A stretch of DNA of 64,000 bases from an uncultured Clostridia bacterium (GTDB lineage Bacteria; Bacillota; Clostridia; TANB77; CAG-508). The translations under genes were made by a program, and so were the position numbers. The stretch covers positions 1,688 through 65,687 of the forward strand of contig CAKPSX010000001.1 in assembly GCA_934184665.1 (NCBI GenBank). Direction: 5' to 3'. The notes beneath the pieces are model-generated. The model worked only from the letters and a program-made list of their open reading frames with translations, did not search any database and was not told where the DNA came from. Below, in pieces: positions 9,479-18,900 of the stretch; the first letter of the stretch is position 1, and each line of letters starts with the position of its first letter.

Positions 9479-11209
9479 TTATTTTAATTTAAAATATGGA
9501 AACATTTTTAATTTACAAGGTGGAAATATGTGTGAACCATCAGACAAAAAAGCTAAAGAAGTAAACGTTTCCAAGTGTTGAGTAAAGAAATTTGTATCAT
9601 AAATAAAATCCTTTTGAGAATAAGTATTGATACTTTCGGTAATGTTGGAATCTTTTGAACTTAAAGAATTGAGAATAAAATTAAATCTTGTTTCTTTAGC
9701 ACTTTCAGAAATACTTGTTGAAGTTAAAGTTTTATCTTCTTTCCCTAGCTGTTTTTGAGACTCTTCAATTGTAAAAATATCATCAGTGCGAAACCAGATT
9801 TTATTTATTAAATTTTGAATAATTACTTTAACAGCAGTATCATCTTTTAAGGTATTTTTTAAAGATGAGTAACTTTGCGTACAAACAATATTTATACACT
9901 TAGCTTCTCTACTAAGAGAAAAAAAGTCTGAATCAGTTTTTGTTACATATTCAGCATATTCATCACAAATAAAAGCAGAAGGTTTTACTTTGTTATGAGA
10001 TAAATTATACATGATTTCAGACTGAAAGTCTAATTTTAAATATGCTGCAATTAGCTTAGAAAGATTTTTATATTCTGCGATATTCATATTTAATACAACA
10101 ATTTTACCTTTTGCCAGAGCCGTAGTAAATCCTTTAAAATTTAATTGTTCTTTTGGTGGGCAAAAAGTTTTTGAGACATTGTAATCAGAAATAAAAATAT
10201 TAGTAATTCTTGTGATTTCTGATTTTAATATAGATAATGTACGCTGGTCTAAGGAATTAAATTCTTTTTCAAAAAAGTCCAAGGCGGTGTTTAATTCATA
10301 AATTTGCTGATAAGATAATTTAGAATTATAAAATAAATTTTTTAATATTTGTAATTTTGATTTATAATAATCAGGTTCAGTTATTAATTTATGAATTTCA
10401 ATAAAAGTTACATATCCATTATTATATAACCTACACAATTTGATACATTCAGTTAAAACTTGTTCAGCTTTATCTAACCAATAAGATTCAGAATTATTTT
10501 CAGAAAAAAGAAGTAAAATTGTTTTTAATCTATTAGCTAAAACAACAGGTTTTAAATATGGTTTATGTAGCGGATTATATCTTATAGAAGAATTGAGTCC
10601 GATTTCTATAACATCTTTTTGAAGTCCATATTTTGAAGCAAACTGTTTTACTTGTTTAAAATAATTTCCTTTTACATCTAATACCAAGATACCTAACTTT
10701 TTATCAGGATTTAAACTATTAAATTTCATCAATTGTTCTGTAAAAGGGTACATTGCAGAACTTGTTTTTCCAGTTCCTATGGTTCCGGTTACAAGAAAAT
10801 TTTGATATAAACCAGACTCTGGTATGTAAATCTCTTTGTTATGTGTTAATTCACGACCTATTAATAAACCTAAACTTGTTGCGTTGGGAAGAAAACAAGA
10901 ATCATTTATTTTTTCATCACTTGGAGGTAAGTGTCGGAGGATAAGCTGATTAATTAAATTTAATAATATAATTATACTAGCAAATATATGACAGATTATA
11001 AAAGAGATTTTTATATAATGCCAAAGTACGGGATTATTATAACATATATCAAAAGGATGAAGTCCATAGGGAATTATAAGTTCAGTCGCCTGAAAGATAG
11101 GTATAAAAATATAATGTGCAAAAAGACAAAAGTCTAATAGATAAAAAACTAATAAAATAAATTTTTTAATAATGAGCCTCCTTTTTAGCTTTTTGTGATA
11201 AGTGTTTTT
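9479..11209 (-). CDS. VirD4/TcpA-like type IV coupling protein (ATPase), lacking a canonical start codon in its N-terminal TM region
   Basis: I translated the in-frame sequence upstream of the annotated Met myself. It gives two TM helices followed by a Walker A motif (FLVTGTIGTGKTSSAMYPF). The open frame runs to 11209 with no ATG, GTG or TTG. A GGAGG motif followed by ATT ATT occurs at 11168-11182 inside the end of the upstream small ORF. Confidence 0.55.
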   Translation of the reverse strand, partial: KNTYHKKLKRRLIIKKFILLVFYLLDFCLFAHYIFIPIFQATELIIPYGLHPFDICYNNPVLWHYIKISFIICHIFASIIILLNLINQLILRHLPPSDEKINDSCFLPNATSLGLLIGRELTHNKEIYIPESGLYQNFLVTGTIGTGKTSSAMYPFTEQLMKFNSLNPDKKLGILVLDVKGNYFKQVKQFASKYGLQKDVIEIGLNSSIRYNPLHKPYLKPVVLANRLKTILLLFSENNSESYWLDKAEQVLTECIKLCRLYNNGYVTFIEIHKLITEPDYYKSKLQILKNLFYNSKLSYQQIYELNTALDFFEKEFNSLDQRTLSILKSEITRITNIFISDYNVSKTFCPPKEQLNFKGFTTALAKGKIVVLNMNIAEYKNLSKLIAAYLKLDFQSEIMYNLSHNKVKPSAFICDEYAEYVTKTDSDFFSLSREAKCINIVCTQSYSSLKNTLKDDTAVKVIIQNLINKIWFRTDDIFTIEESQKQLGKEDKTLTSTSISESAKETRFNFILNSLSSKDSNITESINTYSQKDFIYDTNFFTQHLETFTSLAFLSDGSHIFPPCKLKMFPYFKLK

Positions 11210-11381
11210 TTAATTTCAATTTTGAACCTTGTAGATTATGAAATAAATAAATATCAAAAAATGTATAAATTGAATATAAAGTAACTAAAATATTAATAAT
11301 ATAAATGATAAAAAATATATTGATTAACCTAATTATGTTTATCACCACCTTGTCGATAGACATAATACAACATTTTTTCAA
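11166..11381 (-). CDS. small TM protein ORF overlapping the start region of the coupling-protein gene (possibly its frameshifted N-terminus)
   Basis: A 71-aa ORF with one TM helix. It overlaps the coupling-protein open frame by about 44 nt in a different frame, and the shared region contains an A7 run. Confidence 0.35.
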   Translation of the reverse strand: MKKCCIMSIDKVVINIIRLINIFFIIYIINILVTLYSIYTFFDIYLFHNLQGSKLKLKKHLSQKAKKEAHY

Positions 11382-11446
11382 TTTTGTCTATACTTTTTTG
11401 AAAAAATATGTTAAAATATAAATATCGAACAAAAAAGGAGGTCACT

Positions 11447-11632
11447 ATGAAGTTTAATAAAGATACTAAAATAGGAGAAATTTTAGAGGTTGCTCCAGAT
11501 AAAGTAGATATATTATTAGAAAGTGGAATGCATTGTATAGGATGTCCTGCATCTCAAATGGAAACATTAGAAGAAGCATGCGAGGTTCATGGAATAGATG
11601 TAAATGAAGTTTTAGAAAAACTTAATGCTTAA
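11447..11632 (+). CDS. DUF1858-like small redox/disulfide protein
   Basis: The sequence MKFNKDTKIGEILEVAPDKVDILLESGMHCIGCPASQMETLEEACEVHGI has a CIGCP motif. A strong RBS (aaaaaggagg) precedes the internal ATG. Confidence 0.55.
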   Translation: MKFNKDTKIGEILEVAPDKVDILLESGMHCIGCPASQMETLEEACEVHGIDVNEVLEKLNA

Positions 11633-11698
11633 AAATGAACAAAAACACTAAAAAATACAAAAATCTAAAAATTTTTTAAAAAAAGTTTAAAAAATGTA

Positions 11699-11727
11699 TT
11701 GACAATTCTCATAAAATAGTGTAATAT
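11699..11727 (+). promoter_or_regulatory. consensus sigma-A promoter for the tRNA cluster (TTGACA-17-TAATAT)
   Basis: Read directly from the sequence, about 28 nt upstream of tRNA-Lys. Confidence 0.6.
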
Positions 11728-11755
11728 TAAAAGGCGTTGTTCAATACAAGCAAAT

Positions 11756-11831
11756 GGGCTATTAGCTCAGGTGGTAGAGCACTTGACTTTTAATCAAGTT
11801 GTCCCGCGTTCGAGTCGCGGATAGCTCACCA
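11756..11831 (+). tRNA. tRNA-Lys (anticodon UUU)
   Basis: A cloverleaf with acceptor stem gggctat/atagctc and anticodon stem cttga/tcaag with loop cttttaa. It has an encoded CCA. Confidence 0.85.
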
Positions 11832-11872
11832 ATGAATTCTAAATGAAATACTTTAGAATTCATATATTTTAT

Positions 11873-11947
11873 GGCCCCGTGGTCAAGAGGTTAAGACACC
11901 GCCCTTTCACGGCGGAGTCATGGGTTCGATTCCCGTCGGGGTCACCA
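11873..11947 (+). tRNA. tRNA-Glu (anticodon UUC)
   Basis: The anticodon stem is ccgcc/ggcgg with loop ctttcac. The T-arm is ggttcgattcc and the 3' end is CCA. Confidence 0.85.
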
Positions 11948-11951
11948 CAAC

Positions 11952-12028
11952 GCCACTTTAGCTCAGCTGGCCAGAGCACCGCACTTGTAATGCGGGGGTC
12001 CCCAGTTCGAATCTGGGAAGTGGCTCCA
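11952..12028 (+). tRNA. tRNA-Thr (anticodon UGU)
   Basis: The acceptor stem is gccactt/aagtggc. The anticodon stem is ccgca/tgcgg with loop cttgtaa. The 3' end is CCA. Confidence 0.8.
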
Positions 12029-12101
12029 TATAAAGGTCAATAGTTTTGAGAAAGCTCTTAATTATTGGCTTTTTATTTTTTTAGATTAGAAGGGAATAAA
12101 A

Positions 12102-12821
12102 ATGGAAAAGATAGCACTAGTAACAGGAGCATCAAGGGGAATAGGACGAGAGATTGCTTTGAATCTAGCAAAAAAAGGTTATAAAGTAATTGCAAACTAC
12201 AATAAATCAAAGCAGCAAGCAATTGAATTAGAAAAAGAAAATGAAAATATAGAAATATATCAAGCAGACATATCCCTAAGAGAAGAAGTTCAAAAAATGA
12301 TAAAATATATAATAGACAAATATAATAAGATTGATATATTAATAAATAATGCTGGAATTTCAGAAACAAAAATGTTTACAGATGTAACAGATGATGATTG
12401 GAATAAAATGATAAAAAACAACTTGTATTCAGCATTTTGTGTAACTCAAGAAGTATCAAAAAATATGATACATTGGAAACAAGGATGTATAATAAATATA
12501 TCATCAATATGGGGAATCGTAGGTGCATCATGTGAAACAATATATTCAATAACAAAAGCAGGAATAGATGCAATGACAAAATCATTAGCTAAAGAGTTAG
12601 GCCCATCAAATATAAGAGTAAACTCAATTGCACCTGGATTTATTGATACAGATATGAATAAAATGTATAATGAACAAGAAATAAATGATATAAAAAAGGA
12701 GATACCACTTGAACGTGTTGGAAAAACCATAGATATAGCTAAATGCATTAATTGGCTTATAGATGATGAATATACAACAGGTCAAATCATTTCTATAAAT
12801 GGTGGCTGGATAATTACATAG
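12102..12821 (+). CDS. SDR-family oxidoreductase, 3-oxoacyl-ACP reductase (FabG)-like
   Basis: Motifs present are TGASRGIGREIA (NAD(P)-binding), NNAGI and YSITKAGIDAMTKSLAKE (the catalytic YxxxK). The protein is 239 aa. Confidence 0.85.
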   Translation: MEKIALVTGASRGIGREIALNLAKKGYKVIANYNKSKQQAIELEKENENIEIYQADISLREEVQKMIKYIIDKYNKIDILINNAGISETKMFTDVTDDDWNKMIKNNLYSAFCVTQEVSKNMIHWKQGCIINISSIWGIVGASCETIYSITKAGIDAMTKSLAKELGPSNIRVNSIAPGFIDTDMNKMYNEQEINDIKKEIPLERVGKTIDIAKCINWLIDDEYTTGQIISINGGWIIT

Positions 12822-12971
12822 AAACCCAATTTAAAGTGTTATAGCCAAAAACTAAAAATGATAATAAATATCAAGCAACTTATATATAAAAGAAAAAGCG
12901 GAATTATAGTGTTTAAACTATATCCGCTTTTAAAAAAATATATAATTAAAAGTACTGTTTATATTAATATA

Positions 12972-13445
12972 TTAATTTTCATTTTCAATTCTTTTTCTGT
13001 AATTTCCAGAAATAAGTTTAGGTAAATAAGTAATTATTTTATATATAGCTAAACGTATTTTTTTACTCCATATATAGCTTTTTCTCAATTTTCTGGCATT
13101 ACCTAGAGAAACAGGTTCATCTTCTAAAACGATTAAATCTGTTTGCTTTTTTTCAATAGGAAAAACATAATTTTTTCCTGAGTTATTATCCCATTTACCA
13201 TTTTCATTACAAAAACAGAAGTTAAGAGTTTCAGCAGAGTTGATTTCTATTTCTGTTTGAAAACCAAGTTCAGTTTTTTCCATATTTGCATCATGAATAT
13301 CATCCCAATTATGCCCAAAGCCATAGTGGATAAGCACATTTTTTGAAGCATCCTGAAAAAACTCTCCTGTATAAGATATTTTAACTTTACTATTTTCGGT
13401 TAATTTATCCGTATTAAAAAAAATATTCTTTGTTAATTCCATTTT
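12972..13445 (-). CDS. hypothetical protein, possible carbohydrate-binding beta-sandwich module
   Basis: An RBS (gagggag) precedes the internal Met (MELTKN...). An aromatic/Gly-rich motif (HYGFGHNWDD...NGKWDNN) is present. The upstream part of the tracked ORF is probably not translated. Confidence 0.4.
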   Translation of the reverse strand, partial: KMELTKNIFFNTDKLTENSKVKISYTGEFFQDASKNVLIHYGFGHNWDDIHDANMEKTELGFQTEIEINSAETLNFCFCNENGKWDNNSGKNYVFPIEKKQTDLIVLEDEPVSLGNARKLRKSYIWSKKIRLAIYKIITYLPKLISGNYRKRIENEN

Positions 13446-13675
13446 GAATTCTCCCTCATCTTTTGTTAGAACAATTATAATATTAATTTTTACAATATTC
13501 AAGTATTTTCTTAAAAAAAATTGTAAAAAATTTAAAAAAATGTAAAAAACCAATTTATCCTTAGAGTAATAAATGTTTGAGAAAGACATATAAATAAATA
13601 TCAAGACTTTTACTAAAAAAATTGTCAAAAAAAGAAATATATGATAAGATATATTATAGGTAAAAGGAGAAAGAT

Positions 13676-15523
13676 ATGAAAGAGAAAAATAAAGAGAACA
13701 GTGGAAGTGTAGAACTGCTTGAAAAAGTAGAAAATGCTGAGGTAGAAAAAGTAAATAGTCAACCAGAAGAAGACAAAAAAACTACCAAGAAAAATAAAAA
13801 GCTGAAGCAAAATAATTTAGAAAAAGGAAACAACAAAGAAACAGAGCAAAAACCACCAGAGATCAACCAAGATACAGAACAAAAGAAGCAAGAAGAAGAT
13901 GAACCTGTGAAAGAAAAGGTAGAAATAAAAACATTAGAAGAAGCAAAGGAAGAAGACCAAAAAGAAAACAGAGTAGAAGTAGAAAAGAAATACACAAAAA
14001 CAAATGTAATATTAATAGCAATGGGAATTATAGTTGTAATAATAGCAATACTTTCAACCATATTTGCAGTAATAAATCTTGGCAGTGATAAGATTATGAA
14101 AGGTGTTTATATAAAAGGAATAGACGTATCAGGAATGACAAGACAAGAAGCAGAAGAAACACTGAAAGAAAAATATGCATTAATAGAAGAAGACCAAATA
14201 TATTTAACATATGAGGAATTTGAAACAGCAATTACATACCAAGCATTAGAAGTTAATTACCAGATTGAAAAATCAATAAATGAAGCATATGCAATTGGTA
14301 GAAAAGGAAATGTATTTGAAGAAAATATAGAAATAGTGAAAACATGGATGACTCCAGTAAACATAAAATTAGATATAAGTATAGATGAAGACATGGTTAA
14401 GCAGATATCGCAAAATATAAATAACAGCATAAAAGATGCAGTCGTACAATCAAGTTATTACATAGAAGGTAAAAATCTTATAATAACATCAGGAAAAGAA
14501 GGCAAAATAGTAAATGCAGATAGTCTTATAGAGAAAATTTATAATTCATTAGAAGAAGAAAGTAACGAAAAAATAACAATACCAGTAATAACAGCACAAC
14601 CAGAAAAAATAGATTTAGAGAAAATACATCAAGAAATATATAAAGAGGTACAAAATGCATATTATACCACAGATCCATTTACCATTTATCCAGAATCTGA
14701 AGGAATCGATTTTGATGTAGAAAACGCAAAGACAATAATATCAGAAGCAAAAGAAGAATATACAATACCATTAAAAATAACTAAACCAACAAAAACAGTA
14801 AGAGACATAGGGACAGCTGCATTTCCAGATAGACTAGGAAGTTGTTCAACAAAATATTCATCAAATGCAGATAGAACAACAAACCTAAAATTAGCAGCAA
14901 ATAAAATTAATGGTGTAGTATTGCTGCCAGGGCAAGAGTTTTCTTATAACCAAACAGTAGGCGAGAGAACAATTCAAGCAGGATATAAAGAAGCTGCAAC
15001 ATTTTCAAATGGAGAAGTTGTTAATGGACTAGGTGGAGGGATATGCCAAATATCATCAACACTTTATGATGCAGTAGTTTATGCCAATCTTGATGTAACA
15101 GTTAGAAGAAATCACCAGTTTGTAACATCATATTTACCAGCAGGTAAAGATGCAACAGTTGTATGGGGTTCACAAGATTTTAAATTTAAGAACACAAGAA
15201 AATATCCAATAAGAATTGAAGCAATAGTAAGTGGTGGAATGGCAACAATTAACATATGGGGAATAAAAGAAGAAGTTGAATATGATATATCAATTGAAAC
15301 AAGAAAAATAGCAACAATAAATCCTACAACACAATACATTCAAGATTCAACACTACCAGCTGGAAAAGAAGTAGTAAAACAAGCGGGAAGCAATGGAAGC
15401 AAAGTAGAAGCATATAAAGTAATGAAAAAAGATGGGCAAGTGGTTTCATCAACTTTATTATCAAGAGATACATATAATGCGAAGAAAAGAATAGTAAGAG
15501 TTGGTACAGGTGAACAACAATAA
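13676..15523 (+). CDS. VanW-family protein with an N-terminal K/E-rich region, one TM helix and a C-terminal G5 domain
   Basis: The VanW core is GLGGGICQISSTLYDAVVYANLDVTVRRNHQF...YLPAGKDATVVWGSQDFKFKNTRKYPIRIEA. The G5-like C-terminus reads SNGSKVEAYKVMKKDGQVVSSTLLSRDTYNAKKRIVRVGTG. Confidence 0.8.
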   Translation: MKEKNKENSGSVELLEKVENAEVEKVNSQPEEDKKTTKKNKKLKQNNLEKGNNKETEQKPPEINQDTEQKKQEEDEPVKEKVEIKTLEEAKEEDQKENRVEVEKKYTKTNVILIAMGIIVVIIAILSTIFAVINLGSDKIMKGVYIKGIDVSGMTRQEAEETLKEKYALIEEDQIYLTYEEFETAITYQALEVNYQIEKSINEAYAIGRKGNVFEENIEIVKTWMTPVNIKLDISIDEDMVKQISQNINNSIKDAVVQSSYYIEGKNLIITSGKEGKIVNADSLIEKIYNSLEEESNEKITIPVITAQPEKIDLEKIHQEIYKEVQNAYYTTDPFTIYPESEGIDFDVENAKTIISEAKEEYTIPLKITKPTKTVRDIGTAAFPDRLGSCSTKYSSNADRTTNLKLAANKINGVVLLPGQEFSYNQTVGERTIQAGYKEAATFSNGEVVNGLGGGICQISSTLYDAVVYANLDVTVRRNHQFVTSYLPAGKDATVVWGSQDFKFKNTRKYPIRIEAIVSGGMATINIWGIKEEVEYDISIETRKIATINPTTQYIQDSTLPAGKEVVKQAGSNGSKVEAYKVMKKDGQVVSSTLLSRDTYNAKKRIVRVGTGEQQ

Positions 15524-15536
15524 AAGAAAAAATAAA

Positions 15537-15581
15537 ACCTCAATTATGAGAATAAGAATTTCATAATTGGGTTTTTTTACG
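15537..15581 (+). terminator. rho-independent terminator after the VanW gene
   Basis: A hairpin (caattatga...tcataattg) is followed by gggttttttt. Confidence 0.6.
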
Positions 15582-15958
15582 TACTATGAAAGTCAAAATA
15601 TTCTCATTATAAAAAATAACATATCAAAAGATTGATATCCTTAAAACGCGCCTTCCCCTAAAAATAAACAAGAATCGGCGGAAAAAGTAACCAAAATGTA
15701 AAAAAAATGTCAAATAAATGTAATATAAGGAACTATAAAAATACAGAAACTCAGTTCCGTAGGGTGTTAAACAGTGATGAAAGGCAAAAAATCCAATACA
15801 GAGCTAGAGGCGAGCGGGCTTTACCTTGACTTTAGTAGGTAAAAATGTAAAACTATATATAATAAATATAAGAAGGAAGATGTTAAAAATAATCGAAATT
15901 CAAAGCCGTCGATAAATTTTAACAAAAACATAGCCTTAAAGAAAGGGTTTGAGTTCAT

Positions 15959-18900
15959 ATGAAAAAAGAGATTATCAGGAGAATATTTGCAATAATAGCA
16001 ATTTTTACAATGTTAGTGACAGACTTGGCACCACTTGGAACAGGTCTGATAAGTTATGCTGCAGATTTGAATAAATCGACGAATAACACTAATATTGAAT
16101 TTTCTGCGTATTTCAAGAATGAAGAGGGAGAAAGAATAAGTGAAATAACAACAAATGTACAAGAACTGAAAATGTATGCAGAGATTACAGTGAAAAATGA
16201 AGGATATTTCAATGGAGCACTGGAATTAACAGAAGGAAATTTCAACTTCAAAAATCAAATTCAGAGTGATGGAATAGGAAAAATTGAAGGAAATAAAATA
16301 ACATTAAACCAGATAAATGCAGGAAACACTGTGGAAATTGAAATAGGAATAATACCAATAAACTCAGATACAATCCAGGAATCTCAACTAAAGATGGAAT
16401 CAAAAATAAAACTAGCAGGCACATATATGGAGACATCGTACAAGGGAAAAGATATAGAAGCGGAAAAAACAGTTAATTTAAAACTAAGTGCACGAGAAAA
16501 CACCGATATAGAACAAAATAGCGAAGTTGTAACAAACAAAATATATAATGTAAATGGGGCAAACAAAAGAATAGTGCAAATAGCTGTAAAATCAAGAATA
16601 ACAGATAATAACTACCCAGTAAAAACATCAACAATAAAAGCAATAATACCGGAAAAAAACAAACAAAACTTAGAACAAGTCAAAATAGTCCAATTTAACT
16701 CAAAAGCGACAAATGGAAATGAAACAGTAAACACACAAGAATGGGATAAAACAGCAACAGAAGTACAAATGAAAACAGAAAATACAGGAGAATCAATATC
16801 ATGGAAAAAAGGAGTATATGACGAATATATTATAACTTATATTTTCAAAGAGGAAACAAATATAGCAGGAACAGACTTACAAATAACTGAAGAAACGGAG
16901 ATATACAACAAAGAAGATAAAATAACAAAAGATATTATAAATAATATAGGCACAGAAGAAATAGGAAAAACCATTGTAACAGAGATAAAAGATAATCAAG
17001 GAGAAATATACAAAGGTCAACTATATGCCAATTCTAGAACAGATGACAAAAGAACAATAAATTACAACACAACAACGAAAATTACAATAAGAGAAAAAAA
17101 TATAATAGACTCAGTGAAAGTAAAAGAAGAAAAAGATGCATATACAACTGCAGAAACAGGTGATTTAGAACTTAATGAAACATATAAATATACAAGAATA
17201 AACAAAGAAAAAATGATAGAACTACTAGGGGAAAGCGGAACAATACAAATCAAATATGGAGATTATAATGTAAATACAATATCAGCAGAAGATGAAGCTG
17301 ATGAAAATGGAGAATTAATTGCAAAATATGATGAACAAGTTGGAGAAATAGAAATAGTAACATCAAGACCAGTAAAAGAAGGAACATTAGAAATTAAGCA
17401 TGAAAAAGAAATACTACCAAGTAATTATACAGAAGAGCAAATAAAGCCAATAACAGGGATAAAAACAAAAAATACTATAACAGGGTTGATTAGAAATCAA
17501 GAAGTAATAACAAACACAACAGAACAAACAAAAGAATTAAAAGAAACACAATCAAAAACAGAACTTACAGTAAATAAAGTGAACTTATCAACAATGTCAG
17601 AAAACAAAGATGTAGCGCTAGGGGTTAAATTTATAACAAATGGAACACAATATGATTTATTTAAAAACCCAATAGTAGTTATTCAACTACCAGAACAAGT
17701 AAAAGATGTGACACTGAAAGGAGTTGACAAAGTATGTGGAGATGAATTCACAATAACAAGAAAAGAATATGATAAAACACATAAGAGTATTGAAATAGAA
17801 TTAGACGGAGAGCAAACAGCATATGCAGAAAATGATGCAACACAATTATATTTACAAGTTAATTTAGATATAACACTAGAACAAACAGCAGCAAGTAAAA
17901 CAGAAAAAATAATAATGTCATATAAAAATGAGAACGCGATTCAATATGCGGAAAATGGAGTTACAGAAAAAGCAATAAATATAGCAGCGCCAAGTGGAAT
18001 AATAACAATAAATAACTTAAATACATATAACATAAATTCAGTAGCAGGAATAAGTCAAAACAAACAAACAGCTAATATAGATAAAAACACAGAGGGTGGA
18101 AAAAATGTAGAATATAAAATATCAGTAGTAAACAACACAGGAAGCAACATAAATAATGTAAAAATATTAGGATATTTCCCAACAAAAGGAGAAATACAAA
18201 CACAAAACGAAACAATAACAAATACATTAGAAACAAGTGTTGCGCAAGCAATACAAGCTGGAAACGCCAGAGTATATTATAGTGAAAATAGCAAAGCAAC
18301 AGCAGATTTAGAAAATACATCAAATGGTTGGACACAAGACACAAGTGCAATAGCAAATGCAAAAGTTTACTTAATAGACTTAGGAACAATGAATGTTGGA
18401 ACAAGTTTTACAACAGGATATATAAGCAAAATATCAACAAACATAGATTATAATTTATCATCATATGCAGGATATAAAGTTTTATATAATGATGAACAAA
18501 ATACACAAATACAAACAGTAGAGTCAACATTGGTGGGAATGGAAACAGAAAATAGAATAACAGAAACAGACTTAAAAATAGAAACAAATATAGAAGCAAC
18601 AGTTGGAAATGACGTATTAAAAAATGGAGATACAGTAAAAGCAGGGGAGATAATTAAATATAAAGTAACTGCAAAAAATACAGGGGATAAAGATTTAAAA
18701 AATGTAACAATAAAAGGTTTAGTTCCAGAAGGAACAGTCGTAACAGAGTTTATTACGCCTCAAGGGGCAGATACGGATTTTGAAGAACCAGAATGGCCAA
18801 TATATTGGAAGGAGAAAAAGGAGCTAAAAGAAGTTTCTAAAACAGTAGATTTAGAACAAGGACAAGAATATAGCATAGAATATGAAGTAAGAGTAAACAT

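Noticed and set aside
10753-10944. A 63-aa plus-strand ORF and the annotated Met start at 10753 of the coupling-protein gene.
   Set aside because: The minus-strand frame continues in frame through a Walker A motif upstream of that Met. The plus-strand ORF is therefore antisense to real coding sequence.
12046-12100. Possible terminator after tRNA-Thr (ggctttttattttttt).
   Set aside because: There is a T-rich run but I could not identify a convincing stable stem immediately upstream, so I left it unannotated.
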